A stretch of 64,000 nucleotides of DNA from the human T2T-CHM13v2.0 reference genome, Homo sapiens, in NCBI RefSeq assembly GCF_009914755.1, contig NC_060947.1, one strand, 5' to 3'. Each line of letters starts with the position of its first letter. The first letter of the stretch is position 1. Positions 29,244 to 44,217 of the stretch are shown piece after piece. The position numbers and the translations under genes are program-made. The notes below the pieces were generated by a model. That model was not told the origin of the DNA. It made no database searches and saw only the letters and a list, made by a program, of their open reading frames with translations.

Positions 29244-30014
29244 AAGGCCTGAAGGTTAGATAAGGCAGATATTGGGTCCACAGAGGTCATGTAGCAGACA
29301 GAGCTGTATTGAGTTGAGAGGCTGGTTTTCAGGGAAACTGTGGTTATGGGAGGGGGAGCCCTTTTGCCCACCTCACCCAGAGTACATGCTGGAGTGGGCT
29401 GGGCCTCTTTCCAAAGCTGGCTACATCCTGCCTCCCACTGGAGACAGTTCCGTTAAGGGGCCAGGCCAAAGGGACGTTGCTAGGGCCGAAGGAGCCTAAG
29501 TCCCAGAAAGAATTGTTGAGACACCCTGAAACCTTCTCTGCTCCAGGGACAACCATGACCACTCTCAGCTTGTACATCCAGCTGGAGAAACATCATAGAG
29601 GCCTAGGAAAGGTACAGGAGAGATCCAGAGGTAAGGCCAATGGCTGGGATTGCAGTGTGTCTGCTCTAGACACACTGACAAACTAGAATCATTGGCCACT
29701 CTGGAAAAACTTATAACTGCACAGATAACAAAAAGATAACTCCACCCACTGAGCAGACCCATGGACTGGTCTGGATGGTCAGGCTAGACCCTGGCCAGCC
29801 CAAACAAGCCACATAGTCTAGAGAATGTATTTTCTATCTGTTTATCTTCCCTTTTCCCCCATTGTTCTGCACAGGACCACCACACTGCATAAATCCAGAG
29901 TATGTCATTTCATTTCATAGTATATGTAAATACTGCCCCTGGAGTTGTGAGTAATGTGTATGGTGGTTCTGGTGCTACAGTTCACTTGTGTGTCTTTCTG
30001 TGAGTCCATTCTTA

Positions 30015-31243
<1,229 letters not shown>

Positions 31244-33066
31244 AGTGGTCTCTAATATTTAGCTAGGTTGAATAATGAGGCTTTTTTTCTGTATTTTTTC
31301 AGCCAATATGTGTGCCAAGCATCCAGTGATCATGAGAAAATGAAGCCTTTTAATTTATAAATGTTGATACTGACAGATTGTAGTTATGAGACTGTAAGCC
31401 TTTCTGATCATTTATTTTCTTATTGTTTGAAAAATTAATCACAGAACTTCCCTATTAGGTGTACTGTTGAGTATGTTTATTGGAAAATTAATAAGTGCAT
31501 AAAGACATTTATAGCCTTGTGTGTGTTTCTGAGTCTACCACAGGTGCAGAAGTTTTACAGAAATTGCTTTCTCATTTCCAAATCCATCTTTTGTCATGGA
31601 GAGACTGCTCTTTCAGGAATCTGATCGCTCAGAAGTTTGATCATCAGGCTCACTAGGGATTGCATCTGAAAAGAATAAGATTGTTAATTGTATTTACAAT
31701 GAAATGTCTAAATAAATAAAGAAAGCCCTTTAACATTTGATTAATAACTATTAAGATCTGCTGAAACAGGATGTTATGCTGGATGCAGCTGGTTATGAAT
31801 CACAGCAGTGCAAGAGTGTTTTATACATATTATCTCTTATTTTCCCAATGCCCCTGAAAGGAAGGAGTGATGATTTCCATTCACAGATGAGAAACCAAAG
31901 GATCAGAGGAAGGAAGTGACTTGCCTAAGATCCCAGAGTTGGTAAGTAGTAGAGCCAGCAGTTAAATATTTCTGGTACACGTCGATTTCATAACCTTAAA
32001 GACCATATAAACCCAAATTAGAATGCTGTGCTAGAATAGATACAAAATTATCTTTAATTCAAATTCTTCTGATTTGTGGGTGGCATTTCTAAACTTTCTT
32101 TACTTTCCTGTCCTAGAGATACCAGGACAGAGGGGAGTCCCAGAGAGTAGCCCTTAACATTTTGAGACACTAGGGCATCCAGAACTTGCTGAAGATGAGA
32201 GGCAGAGTGAGAGGGGAAGGTGGCACAGGGATAGGTGCTGAGCCAGTGTGGAAGACCCCTGGAACACAACAGGACATATTGATATTACCGCCAGCTGTTC
32301 ATCAACAGCTGTTCATCAGAGAAGGGAGTCCTGTGGCTTGGTGCTTTTCTTGGGCAGAACTGACTTGGGCTTTGACTTCTGTTCTTCCTTCAAATTTCCC
32401 TGTAGAAATAGACTTGGGTCTAAGTCTTAGCTCTGCCATCCCCTCTGGCTGTGGAATCTCAAACAAGTCAACCACTCTGACCTTTAGTTCCTTGTCTGGG
32501 TTGATGTGAAGATTAAGCTAGCATCTAGTACAGTGCCTCGCTCACACTAAGCTCTCCATAATGAATATACTTCTTATTCCTATTGTGCTCTCACATTTCC
32601 ACCCCAGACACCCCAACACTTTTCTCAGCGTTCATTTTCCACTTGAAATGAGCATGGAGCCCTGAGGAATGTCTGTGTGTCTTCCAGATGGTGCTAGCCC
32701 CCACTCCCATCCCTACTGCCTTCAGGTTTCAGGGCAGCATGTCTGTGTAGATCTGTATCTTGCTCTATTTTACCAGGTCTAGGCCTGCCTGTCTCTTTGC
32801 TTTGATCCCTCCATACACACGCATATACCTATACTATGCCCAGGTCAAAGTGGCATTGACATGGAAAAGAGTGAAGACCCTATCTCAACCAGACTAGAAT
32901 CCTGACCCTGACTTAAACACTGACACAGCCCCTAACCTAAAAAAGGGGAAGGATTTCATTGAAGGACCAAAGGAAAGATATACAAAAGTCTACTTTAGAG
33001 ATCTCCTGCCCTACTTCATACCTGTACCATGTCTCAACCTGTTGGTATAGCATTTTTATCACTGCC

Positions 33067-33720
33067 AAAGTGTACAAAGTCTCAGTTATAAAATGAATAA
33101 ATTCTGGGAACTGAATATGCAGCATGATTATGATAGTTAACAATACTGTATTTGTATACTTGAAATTTGCTGAGAGAGGTGATCGTAAATGCTCTCGCCA
33201 CACAAAAAAAGGTAACTTTGTGAGGTAATGAATGTGTTAACCAATTTGATTATAGTAATCATTTTGCAATATGCAGTCAGCCCTTCATTATCTGTGGGTT
33301 CCTTATCTATGGATTCAGTCAAACCAGGATTTAAAATATTTTTTAAAAAATATATGGTTGCAGCTGTACTAAACATGTACAGACTTTTTGTCTTGTCATT
33401 ATTCCCTAAACAATGTGGTATAACAACTATTTATGTAGCATTTATGCTGGATTAGGTATTACAAGTAATCTGGAGATGATTTAAAGTATCCACCAGGATG
33501 TTCATAGGTTATATGCAAATACCACACCATTTTATAACAGGGACTTCGGCATTCATGAATTTTAGTATCCACGGGGAGTCATGAATTTTGGTAACCATAG
33601 GGAGTCTTGGAGCCAATCCCCCATGGACACTGAGGGACAAGTGTATATGTACATCAAATCCTCATGTTCTGTACCTTAAATTTATACATCTTTATTTGTC
33701 AATTATATATAAAACTGGGG
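33067..33720 (+). mobile_element. L1MA/MB 3' end interrupted by a Tigger3/MER7-type DNA transposon (33274-33643)
   Basis: L1 'tacttgaaatttgctgagagag' flanks 'cagtcagcccttc...tctgtgggttcc...ccatggacactgagggacaagtg'. Confidence 0.8.
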
Positions 33721-35424
33721 GGAAAAGCATCAACTCTGGAATCAGACAAATACCAGTTCAAAGCCTGGCTTGGCTGTTCATCTGTGTGACTCTGGGCACA
33801 TTTTTTAACTTCTCTGAGTCTCAAGTGGCTTGCCAGTTAATGGAAATAATACTTAGCCCTAGTTCATTCATCTATTCAACAATGTTTATCAAGCCCCTGA
33901 CTACATGACAGGCACTGTGCTAGGCATTGGGAATATGATGATGAGAGGGGAGATAAACATGAATAAGAACACCCATAAATGTAAAATTGCGACTGTTCAA
34001 AGTAGTGACAAAGGTACATGGTATTATGAGCTGGTATCTGACCTAAACAGAGAAGTAAAATTGACAGGACTTGCTTGGTGATGGATTGAACTTGGAAGAC
34101 AAGCTGGAGGAAGGAGTCAGGAACCATTCTTTGCTTTCTGGATGGCAACAGGTGCCATTCACCAGGACCAGCAGCAGTGGAACAGGGCCAGGTTTGGGGA
34201 ATAGTTATGGCTGGTGGGGGATACACATGTGTGTATTGACTAAAAGTCCTTACTAGGCGTCAGGGACAGTTTCCTATTTGTCTCATTTAATTAAATCATG
34301 ATGGCAGCTTCATTAGGAGAATGACTATTCGCATTTTCCAGGAGTGGAAACAGACTCAGAGGATTGAAGTGACTTGTCTTGGATCTTACAGCTAGTTAGT
34401 GGCAGATCCGGGACTAACTTTCATTCTGTAGCCCAAACACATGCTTTTTCCAATACTTCACCCTATGGGACCCAGCAAAGCCTGCAGGGGAAGGGAAGGC
34501 TGGCAGGCCAAGGGCAGGGACTCCAAGAAGGCAGAAAGGGTGGTGGGAGTAGAATGAAGGAAAGGGGAACAGAAGGAAAAAGAACTGTGGCAAAGGCAGG
34601 AGGAATTCTCTACAGTGACTTAAGATTTATTATTTGGAGACAGGTTGAGCAGGCCAAACTGAGGTTCATATTTCACAGGCCTACTGCCGCCTCCTACCAA
34701 ATTTTGGCTCTGAACCCTGAGGAGGTGGCGGGGAGGGAAACAAATGAGGAGGCAGTTTATGAAGTGGCTTAAGGCCCAGGGCTAAATTTGAAATTAACAT
34801 GGAGATTTCAGTCAGAGGAGTCAAGTTTCCAGGGCCGTGGCTATGCCCAGCAGCTGGGGCCCCAGGAGGGATAGAAAGCTGACCATTCCTGGCTAGTGCT
34901 TTGGCCCCAACCTTCCTGTCACCTGCTCCATGCTCCTGGCGTTCTAGGAAGCAATGAGAGTCACTCTTTTAGCTTGTGGCTTCTCCTGCCATCAGAAGCA
35001 GGCTTCTGGGCACCGATGTAGGACAAGGACAAAGGGAGCTGGGTGTGAGAAAGGGCTGGGAAGTAGGTTTAGGCAGATGGAGCTGATGTCTGCCTTCCTC
35101 CTCCAGTTGTTGCTTGGCTTCCCCAAACCAATGTCCTCCTCACCTGAGCTTCTTACTTAGCCCTGTTCTAGTTTCTTTCCTTTGGGGCCTGCCTGAGATA
35201 GATACAAGCACAAAGGCAGGGGATCACCAATATAACTTCACGGGGTATACATCATCACCTCAGTATTAGGGTTCCTATATCCTTTCTGGGTGATACATTA
35301 GGAATCTACTAAGCCAGAGTTTCCTCTGGGTTCTGACAACCTGTGGGAGTATGGGATATTCTTAGAGGTTCGAGAGTTTTCTGTGATAATTTTAAAATTG
35401 TGGGATGTTTTTCCTGTGGTTTTC

Positions 35425-35891
35425 TCTTGGATATATTTAAGGTATACAACGCGATGTTTTGACATACATCTACATAGTGCAATTGTTACTATTGTGAAGC
35501 AAATTAACATATCTAATATTTCACAGTTTTTTTGTAGCAAGAATACCTAAAATCTACTTTGTTAGCAAATTTCCAGTATACAATACAATATTACTAACTG
35601 TAGTCCTCATGCTATACATTAGCTTGCTAGACTCCTTCATCCTACATAACTGCAACTTTGTGCCCTCTAACCTACATCTCCCAATCTCCTCTCTCTGCTG
35701 CCCATGGTAACTAGTGTTCTACTCTATTTCTATATATTCAGCTTTTTTTTGATCCCACATATAAGTGCAATCATGCAGTATTTTTATATCTGTTTCTGGC
35801 CCATTTCACTTAGCATAATGTCCTCCAGGTTCATCCATGTTGTTCCAAATGACAGTATCTCCTTATTTTTTAAGGCTGAATAATATTCCAT

Positions 35892-35949
<58 letters not shown>

Positions 35950-36480
35950 CACACACACACCCCAGAATTTTTTTTCCTTTTTTGAGTTATAATTATGTTT
36001 AACTTTTATTTTAAGTTCACGGGTACATGTGCAGGTTCTTTACAGAGGTAAACTTGTGTCATGGGGGTTTGGGAGTTTGTTGTACAGATTATTTTGTCAC
36101 CCAGTTGTTAAGCCTGATACCCATTAGTTATTTTTCTGATCCTCTCCCTCCTCCAACTCTCTACCCTCTGATAGGCCCCAGTGTGTGTTGTTCCCCTCTA
36201 TGTGTCTATGTGTTCTCATCATTTAGCTCCCAATTATAAGTGAGAACATGCAGTATTTGGTTTGCTGTTCCAATGTCTTTATTTATCTATTGATGGTCAC
36301 TTAGGTTGATTCCATATCTTGGCTATTGTCAATAATGCTGCAAAGAACATAGGAGTGCAGATATCTCTTCAATATACACATTTCACTTACTTTGGGTATA
36401 TACCCAGTAGTGGGATTGCTGGATCATATGGTAGTTCTATTTTCAATTTTTTTGAGGAATGCCTGTACTTCCATAATGGC
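35425..36480 (-). mobile_element. L1MA-type 3' end with a (CA)n at 35892-35960 and a nested older L1PA 3' end (~35995-36272)
   Basis: Antisense L1 3'UTR motifs. Nested 'ttttaagttcacgggtacatgtgcagg...tataagtgagaacatgcagtatttgg'. Confidence 0.8.
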
Positions 36481-36625
36481 TGCACCAGTTAAAATTGTGT
36501 TTTTATCACAATTAAAGTCTAAACCGAATGATATAAGCCTATTCTGTATCATCCATCTGCAAGGCCACCTTATAGCTAAAGGGCAACCATAGGATTTCTG
36601 GACTCTCATTTACATCTGCCTCCAT

Positions 36626-37095
36626 GTATTAGGATCAGATTAGGCTGCATGTAACAGAAAAAAATCCAAAATAATACTGGTATAAACAAGATAGAAGATG
36701 AATTCTGCATCATGTCCAAAAAGTTCAAAGATAAGCTGTGCAGGTTTGGTGTGGCAGCTCCATGTTGTTAGGTACCACATATCCTCCCAGATCTCCACTA
36801 TGCTGTTCTGAAGCCATGGCCGTCATTCTCGTGATGCAAGCTGATAGCCATAGCTCCAACTAATACTTGCTCATTCCAAGCAGTAAGATGGGGGAAAGGG
36901 CAAGGAAGGACCAGCCCCCTTCCCTTTTAGAAGATCCCCAAGAAATCACCAATAACACTTCCACTTGTATCTCATTGACCAGAACTTGGTGGTATGGCTA
37001 CAATGGAGGCCATGGAATATAGTATGTGTTTTAGTTGAGCACATTAGGAGAGAAAGGGGTGAGTAGTGGGATGGATAACTAGCAATCTCTGCCAC
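36626..37095 (-). mobile_element. Old MLT1 (J/K-type) LTR
   Basis: 'tgtattaggatcagattaggctgcatgtaacaga...ctcattgaccagaactt...agcaatctctgccaca'. Confidence 0.65.
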
Positions 37096-37590
37096 ATTTT
37101 TGTGTAAAAGAACTCATTACCTTCACAATGTCCTACTTGCATTGTCAAGGACTAATGAGGAAAGAACATAGGAGGACTTAATACATAAATGATGGCTTAG
37201 TCCCAGTGAAGGCCAAATGATGTCCCTCAGGGCTACAGGAATGACAGGTTAGCAATAGATCTGATGGGGAAAAAAGTGGTGCGAGAGCTGAGTCATTGCC
37301 TGGCTCACAGTAATATAGCACGACGAACTCAAAAGAACCTGTATTGCAGTCAGCACCATAGTCACGATCTGAACAGCAATTTAATTTTAGCAAAACAACA
37401 TCATCCACCTTGTTAAAAAGAACTGTTGTTCATTTGATTTTTATTGGTTTTGTGGTTTTGTTTACATTTCATTTGGAACTTTGTTTCAGCTTTATAATTG
37501 TATATCAGCCATAAGCATAGGGAGTTAGCAGCTTATTTTCTCTTTGTACCCAGTTTAACACCGTAATGAAGATGACTCAATAATTGCGAT

Positions 37591-37592
<2 letters not shown>

Positions 37593-37640
<48 letters not shown>
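37593..37640. repeat. Perfect (AT)24 microsatellite
   Basis: Seen directly. Confidence 0.97.
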
Positions 37641-37642
<2 letters not shown>

Positions 37643-38464
37643 CTTTTGAAAGGGGCTGGCTACTCAGCTGGGAAATGCTTCCTGAAACCACTGGGGACCA
37701 CTGTAACAAACAGGACTGTAGGAGTTAGAACCCAAACTAAGGCGGGGTTCTTTTCACACCACCACCCCAGTGCTGGTGAGGAGGAGGTAGAATTGTGCTG
37801 CAAAACAGGTGTTGAACCTAGACGTAGCATATGATCAGAGGAGTCTAACATTGGAAGTGCTCATAAAAGTCACATGGCATGCCTCCTGATGGAAGCTTGA
37901 GCCTCTCTATAAGCCAAGTGCCTGGGTCAGTGGGTGAGGATGAGGTTGGTGGTTTAAGATGACATAATGGAACATTTTGAGGGGAAGGATGATTCAAGCA
38001 TTATGTCCCTGACAACCAAGATTCCTTGGGATAGTTTTTGAGTATATTCATGTGAACATTTGATAAGCAGAAAGGATCCTGGGGTCAAATATATGAAAAT
38101 GTATACCCTCCCTTGGTAACCTCATTCCACTTCCCTGACCATCTGCCACCGCCCAACTTGGCCTGGATGATGCCCATCCAGGCTCTTTCACTGCATTGCA
38201 ACCTAGAGGGCAGCCTGTTTATCATGGGGGAGAGGGGCTGCAAGGGATGGTAGGGCCTCTTTTGACACTGGGGAGTTGGGGTGTGGGAGGTGTTTCCAAA
38301 AGACTTGTTTCAGGCCACTTATAGATGCAGGGAAGGAAAGCTCTTTCTCTCTCCTTCTGTGGCAGCAGTAAATCTTCCTAGCCCCAGCCACTGCCACCAT
38401 CCTCAAGCACTTTCTTGGATTCTCCACCTGTTGTGAGGGAATTCCACAGGGCTCAAGATATCCT

Positions 38465-38730
38465 GAAAACCAAATACCACATGTTCTCACTTATAAGTGG
38501 GAGCTAAACATTGGATGCACATGGACATAAAGATGGCAACAGTAGACACTAGGACTACTAGAGGTGGGAGAGAGGGAGGGGAGCAAGGGCTGCAAAACTA
38601 TTGGGTACTATGCCCACTACCTAGGTGATGGGTTCAATCAAACCCCAAACCTCAGCATCACGTAATATGCCCATGTAACAAAGCTCCACAGGTACCCACT
38701 GAATCTAAAGTAAATGTTGGAAGAAAAAGA
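38465..38730 (+). mobile_element. L1PA16/L1PB-type 3' end
   Basis: 'aaaaccaaataccacatgttctcacttataagtgggagctaaac...accccaaacctcagcatcac'. Confidence 0.85.
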
Positions 38731-38839
38731 AATTTTGAGAAAGGCTCTTCTATCAGGATGAAAGAAGAATCAGTGAGGGGGGCATACGATATAGAGAGCA
38801 AGACAGACTAAAAGAGAAAGTTATTTATAGAAAAAGATG

Positions 38840-39240
38840 GCATATGTGCATACATATATACATGTATATATACACATATGTACACATATACATATATACA
38901 CATATGTACATATATACATATATACACATATATGTACATATATACACATATACACACATACATATACACACATATACACTATATGTGTGTATATGTATAT
39001 ATACAGATATACGTATATATACGTATATCTGTATATATACATATATGTATATCTGTATATATACATATATAGTGTATATGTGTGTGTGTATATATATATA
39101 TATATAGATATGCAGAGATAGAGATGGAGAGAAGGGGAGATATTTATTAAGAGAGAAATGGAGAAACATGAAAAAAAGAACCAAAGAGAAAGAAGTGGAA
39201 GGGGAGAAAAGAGGAGAGAGAATAAAGAGTAAGAGAAAAA
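38840..39240. repeat. Degenerate (TA/CA/TG) microsatellite followed by GA-rich low-complexity tract
   Basis: Seen directly. It produces spurious Y/I/T/H-rich ORFs. Confidence 0.95.
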
Positions 39241-39893
39241 ATTTAAAAGACACATTTAAATGTATAGAAAAGTCAAGTACAAGGCAAGAAAGGGCTTTAG
39301 GCCTCTGTGTTGCCTCAAGTATCAGGAAAAAGGATGACAGGAGGAAATGCTGTCATCGAGTCTGTGCTATGCCTACTGCATGGGGAGAACTTCACCAGCC
39401 TGATGCTCTCTCCAGGAAGCTTCCAGTCCAAAAGGACCTGTCGATGAGCCACTGAATTTACAGGCAGCAGGACAGTGGAAGAGAAGAATTCATAACAAGC
39501 CACAGCATACACAGTATCTGGAAGAGCTCAGAAAAGGGCCAAAGTTAACTTTGAGACAAGGTGGTTGGAAAGAATAGCCAGTACATGTACAGACAATGTC
39601 TGTCATTTGGAGAATCCACGCTGTGACTAAACCAAGGAAGAGTTTCTAGAGCAGAAGGTAATTTCTAGGGCTGTGGGAATGGGATGTTAGGCCACTGGGG
39701 TGGGCCAACAGCCACGCACAATCAACCATGCGGAAATTCTTGCTGAAGACTGATTCCCAGATTTCTCCAGCCTCCTGCCCACCCCTACTCCCTCAGACTC
39801 AGTAGCTGGCCTCTCTTCTTTCACAGAGAACGTGAAAGCTATCAGGTGGACCACCACCCCCGGCACCCTCTACTCACACTTACTTCTCCTTTT

Positions 39894-40053
39894 TTTTAAA
39901 ATTCACAAATAATAATAGTATATGTAATACATATGGGGTACAATATGATGTGATGATACATGTATATATTGTAGAATGATTAAGTCAAACTAATTTTTCA
40001 TAATATGGAAACAATCTAAGTGCCCATGAATGAATAAATGGATTAAAAAATGT

Positions 40054-40085
<32 letters not shown>

Positions 40086-40509
40086 TATTTTTCAGTCAAA
40101 AAATAAGGAAATCTTGTCACTCGCAACAACGTGGATGAACGTGAAGGACATTATGCTAAGTGAAATAAGCCAGGCACAGAAAGACAAAACCACATGATTT
40201 TACTTATATGTGGAATCTAAAAAAGTTGAACTCATAGAAGTAGAGAGTAGAATGGGAGCTACCAGGGGCTGGAGTAGGGGGTGGACAGGGAAAGGGAAGA
40301 TGTGAATAAGAGGGTACAAAGTTTCAATTAGACAGGAGGAAGAAGAAGTTCTAGTGATCTACTGCACAGCATGCTCACTATAGTTAGTAATCATGTATTA
40401 TACATTTCAAAATTGCTGAAAGAGTGGATTTTAAGTGTTCTCACCATAAAGAAAGGATAAGTATGTGAGGTGATGGATGTGTTAATTAGCCTGACTTAAT
40501 CATTCTACA
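39894..40509 (-). mobile_element. L1MA-type element with internal inversion
   Basis: Terminal 3' segment on the minus strand (39894-39995) and the preceding L1 segment on the plus strand (~39998-40509). 13-bp TSD with 1 mismatch. Confidence 0.75.
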
Positions 40510-43090
40510 TCTCCTTTTATTATTTCTCTTTTCCCTCCGGGCTCTACACACTGTCCCCTAGCCATTCTTTATTCACCATTACATGCTGAATATTCCAGAC
40601 TTAGATGGCGTAGTCTCTGAAAAGGGTGTATTAACACATGCCATACCATTTTATCCCCAGAGCAATTTTCTGAGTTGGGTATCATAATACCAATTTTAAA
40701 GATGAAGAAACTGAAACTCAGAGAGGTTAGGCAACTTAGCCAAGATCACACAGCAAGGCTGAGGTTTAAACTTAGACATCCCAGGCTACTCAGCCCATTC
40801 TCCTTCACTGTGCCAGACAGGATCCCAGGTACACTGAAGAAAATACTTGATAAATGAAATTCTACCCATTTGGGACCTACTAGAGCCAGGGTGAGGGGGC
40901 TGCACAATGCAGTTCTGAGGAAATAATCTTTGTGGGAACAAGATTAAAATGTCAGGCTGATGTGCCCACTGGCTGAGCTATCAGAAGTGAGGAGAGAACA
41001 AGCAATAAAAATTAATAGTGCAAGGACAAGTTAATTTAAAAACCCCTGCACATGTATCTGGAAATATTGCACGTCATCACTTCCTCTCATAACCGCACAA
41101 TTGTCGAGCTTGGCAGGCAAGTAGCTGGATCTACACCTGACACGGCCCCTTCCAGTCCTTTCACCAGGGCACAGCGCATCTGCAGGTACAGTTGAGGGGT
41201 CAGTGAAAATTTTTTTCTGAGACCTGTTCACCCCTCTTCTGGGTTCCCCGCTCATTGGTGACCACCCCAGCTCTGTGCCCAACCATCAGCTGCCAGTCAC
41301 CCCATCTCTACTCTGGTTGAGTCCAGTTGAGGTGTAGTATCTTCTGGATACATTTATCTCCAATAGGAAGCATCTGGGCAACTTAACTGAGGGTATGAGT
41401 CTGTACTCATGGAATTTTAGGCACCACTGAAGAGAGGCTTTGCGGTAAAGAGGATTTGTTGGCCTTCCTGCTCCTTGATTTCTCACCTGCATGGTGGAGC
41501 TGTCAGCTTACTTAACATGCCAGCCACTGGACTAGATCAAATATATATCTATATGATTATAGGTGATCTCATTTTATGCTCAGTGCAGTCTTGTGAGGTA
41601 TATTGTTACTATTTGACACATGATAAAACTGAAGCTCAGAAAAGCTAAGTAACTTGCCCAAGGTCACAGAGCAGGTAAGTGGCAGAGCTGGAATTTGAAC
41701 CCAGGTAGTCTGGCTGTAGAGACCACACTCATAGCAATTATCCCCACGGCTTCCCTACAAACAAACGAAACAAAAACAACAATGAAACTGAATGGAAAAG
41801 CATGCTGTTTCTGTCCCACCACCGAAGAGATATGAAAATCCTGGTTCAATGGCCCATGGAGATCCCAACCTAAGGCTACTTCCTTCCTAATGACAGCATA
41901 TCTGAACTGCAAAGTACCATGGAACATGTATGTTATTATACTTCTAGAAAGCTGGCTTGGGAATACCAAAGTGGGATTCTAACCTAGGTTTTCCTGACCT
42001 CTAATCTCATTATTTTGAACCTTTAGACTAGCTCCACTTTTCACACTGGGAGCCCTGATAGGACACAAGTGGGTACTGGGAGATAAACCTGGGCTATGGT
42101 CAGAGTTTTTGCACATTAGATAATATTTTCCATTGTGAACATGTTTTCAATATATGCACATACTCATAGTCTTTTGTATTCCTTTTTGGATTATTTCTGT
42201 ATCCTTGTAGGTTAAAAATAATGGCCAATAGGCATCAAGCTCTTACTCTGTGCTACGCACTGTGTTCACTGCTTTATACGGATGATCTTTTACTCCTCCA
42301 CAATCCTATGAGGTAGGTACTATTATTAACTCCATTGTACAGGTGATGCAACAGAGACTCCGGGAGGTTGAACGACTACCTCAAAGTTACACAGCTACTA
42401 AGTGGCAAAGCTGGGATTTGCCCCTTGGCCTGTGTGACTCCAGATCTGAGGCTGCTATCCACTCCTCAGGGCAGAATTTTTGGAGCAGCTAAATGAGGTT
42501 TTTATTAAATAATAGAGAGATCTGTCTAGCAACTGTTCCATTGCAAAGATGGGAGAATTGATGCTGAGAAATATCCAATGAATGGCTGAAATCACAGCCT
42601 GTCGGGGAGTTGAGCAGTGACTTGAAGCCTCCACAGTTCTTGTCCAATCCTCAGATACTGTGAAGTCTTTGAGGACAGGGCTGGGTCTGATCCACTTATC
42701 TCCCCAGTGTCTAGCACATAATAGGGATTCAGTTAATACATTTTTGGCAATGAAACGAATGTTTCTAATGATAATTTTTCATCTGGCCTGACTTCAATCT
42801 TCTCTTAATGCCAAGTCTTGCCGTGTTCTAGGTCGACACCAACCTCCCTCTAACAAATATGGAATATAGATGAGGGTCTGAGCCATCTGTGCTCTTTTGT
42901 TTGATTTAAGGTCATTGGTGGCTTCACCATCCAGATTTCACCACTGGCATCTCATACATTCATTTCTTGCCATTCCACTTCTTACAGAAGAAAACATATG
43001 AAGGGATAGTCATAGTAATGAGGAAGCCAAGGCTATAGCTACCAAAACAAAAACCCAGGAAACAAACTCACGTAATAAAAATAGCACCTC

Positions 43091-43193
43091 CAGCACACCA
43101 ACATGGCACATGTATACCTATGTAACAAACCTGTACATTGTGCACATGTACCCTAGAACTTAAAGTATAATAAAAATATATATATATAATAAA
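43091..43193 (+). mobile_element. Very short 5'-truncated L1PA (PA5-7 type) 3' end
   Basis: 'cagcacaccaacatggcacatgtatacc...ccctagaacttaaagtataat'. 17-bp TSD AATAAAAATAGCACCTC at 43074-43090 and 43194-43210. Confidence 0.92.
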
Positions 43194-44217
43194 AATAAAA
43201 ATAGCACCTCATGGGTACTGAGGACTTTCCATATATGAGGCACTCTTCTAAGACATTTGTATGTACTAATTCATTTAATCCTCACAGTAATCTAATGAGA
43301 TAGATAAGATTATTATCCCTATTTAACAGATGAGGAAACTGAGACTCAGAGAAGACTGGCTACGGAGTTAATAAGTGGTAGAATTAGAAAGTTCACTATG
43401 TTTGACCATGCTTGACTCCAGTGTCTCTGTTATTAACCATAATGCTAAACTACTTACACTTATTACCAGGGGACTTGTTGATGGTTAGGCTATGGGGACT
43501 GAGCCAAGGAAGGGGCAATAACAATTCCTAGGACAGGGCTTGTGTTTGATGAGAGTGGGGGTGGTCATGAGTTTGGCTTTTGAATATATCAAGTTTGAGG
43601 TGTCTTTGAGATACCCAGCTGGAGATGCAAAGAAGACAGGTGGATATGTAGTCTGAAATCCAGAGGAGACATTGGGGACTCTTCACCATATAGATAAAAA
43701 TAACTGACATTTATTACACACTCACTAAGTGCCGGCACTGTCCCAAGAGATTTATGTGGATGAACGATTCTAATTTAATTCCCATGGCAGCTCTATGAAA
43801 TTGGTGCTTTATTATCCTCATTTTAAGGATAAGGAAACTAAGATACAGAGAGGATAATGATTTACCCAGGGTCATATAACTGGTAAATTCTAGAGGCAGG
43901 ATTCAAACCCAGGCAGTCTGAATCATCTGAGGTTCAGCTTCCTTAATTGTAAAATGGAAAAAATAATTTCCAGCATGCGAGGTTGTTAAGAAGATTATAT
44001 ATGTCAAAACCCTGGCACATAGTAAGAATTCCACAAATTAGAGCTGCTACCATTAATGCATCTAATATTATGTAATACTTATGATTGATACACAATTACA
44101 CAGTTACTATCGTAACAGGTAGGACCTAAGTGTTTTCTCATCAGGATCTCCTTTATTTCCATTTTCTCAGTTTCCCTGAGAAAATGAGCCTGATCTCTTG
44201 GCGCTACAATGAGTATA

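Noticed and set aside
38821-39255. Several 60-144 aa Tyr/Ile/His-rich ORFs
   Set aside because: Translation of a TA/CA microsatellite.
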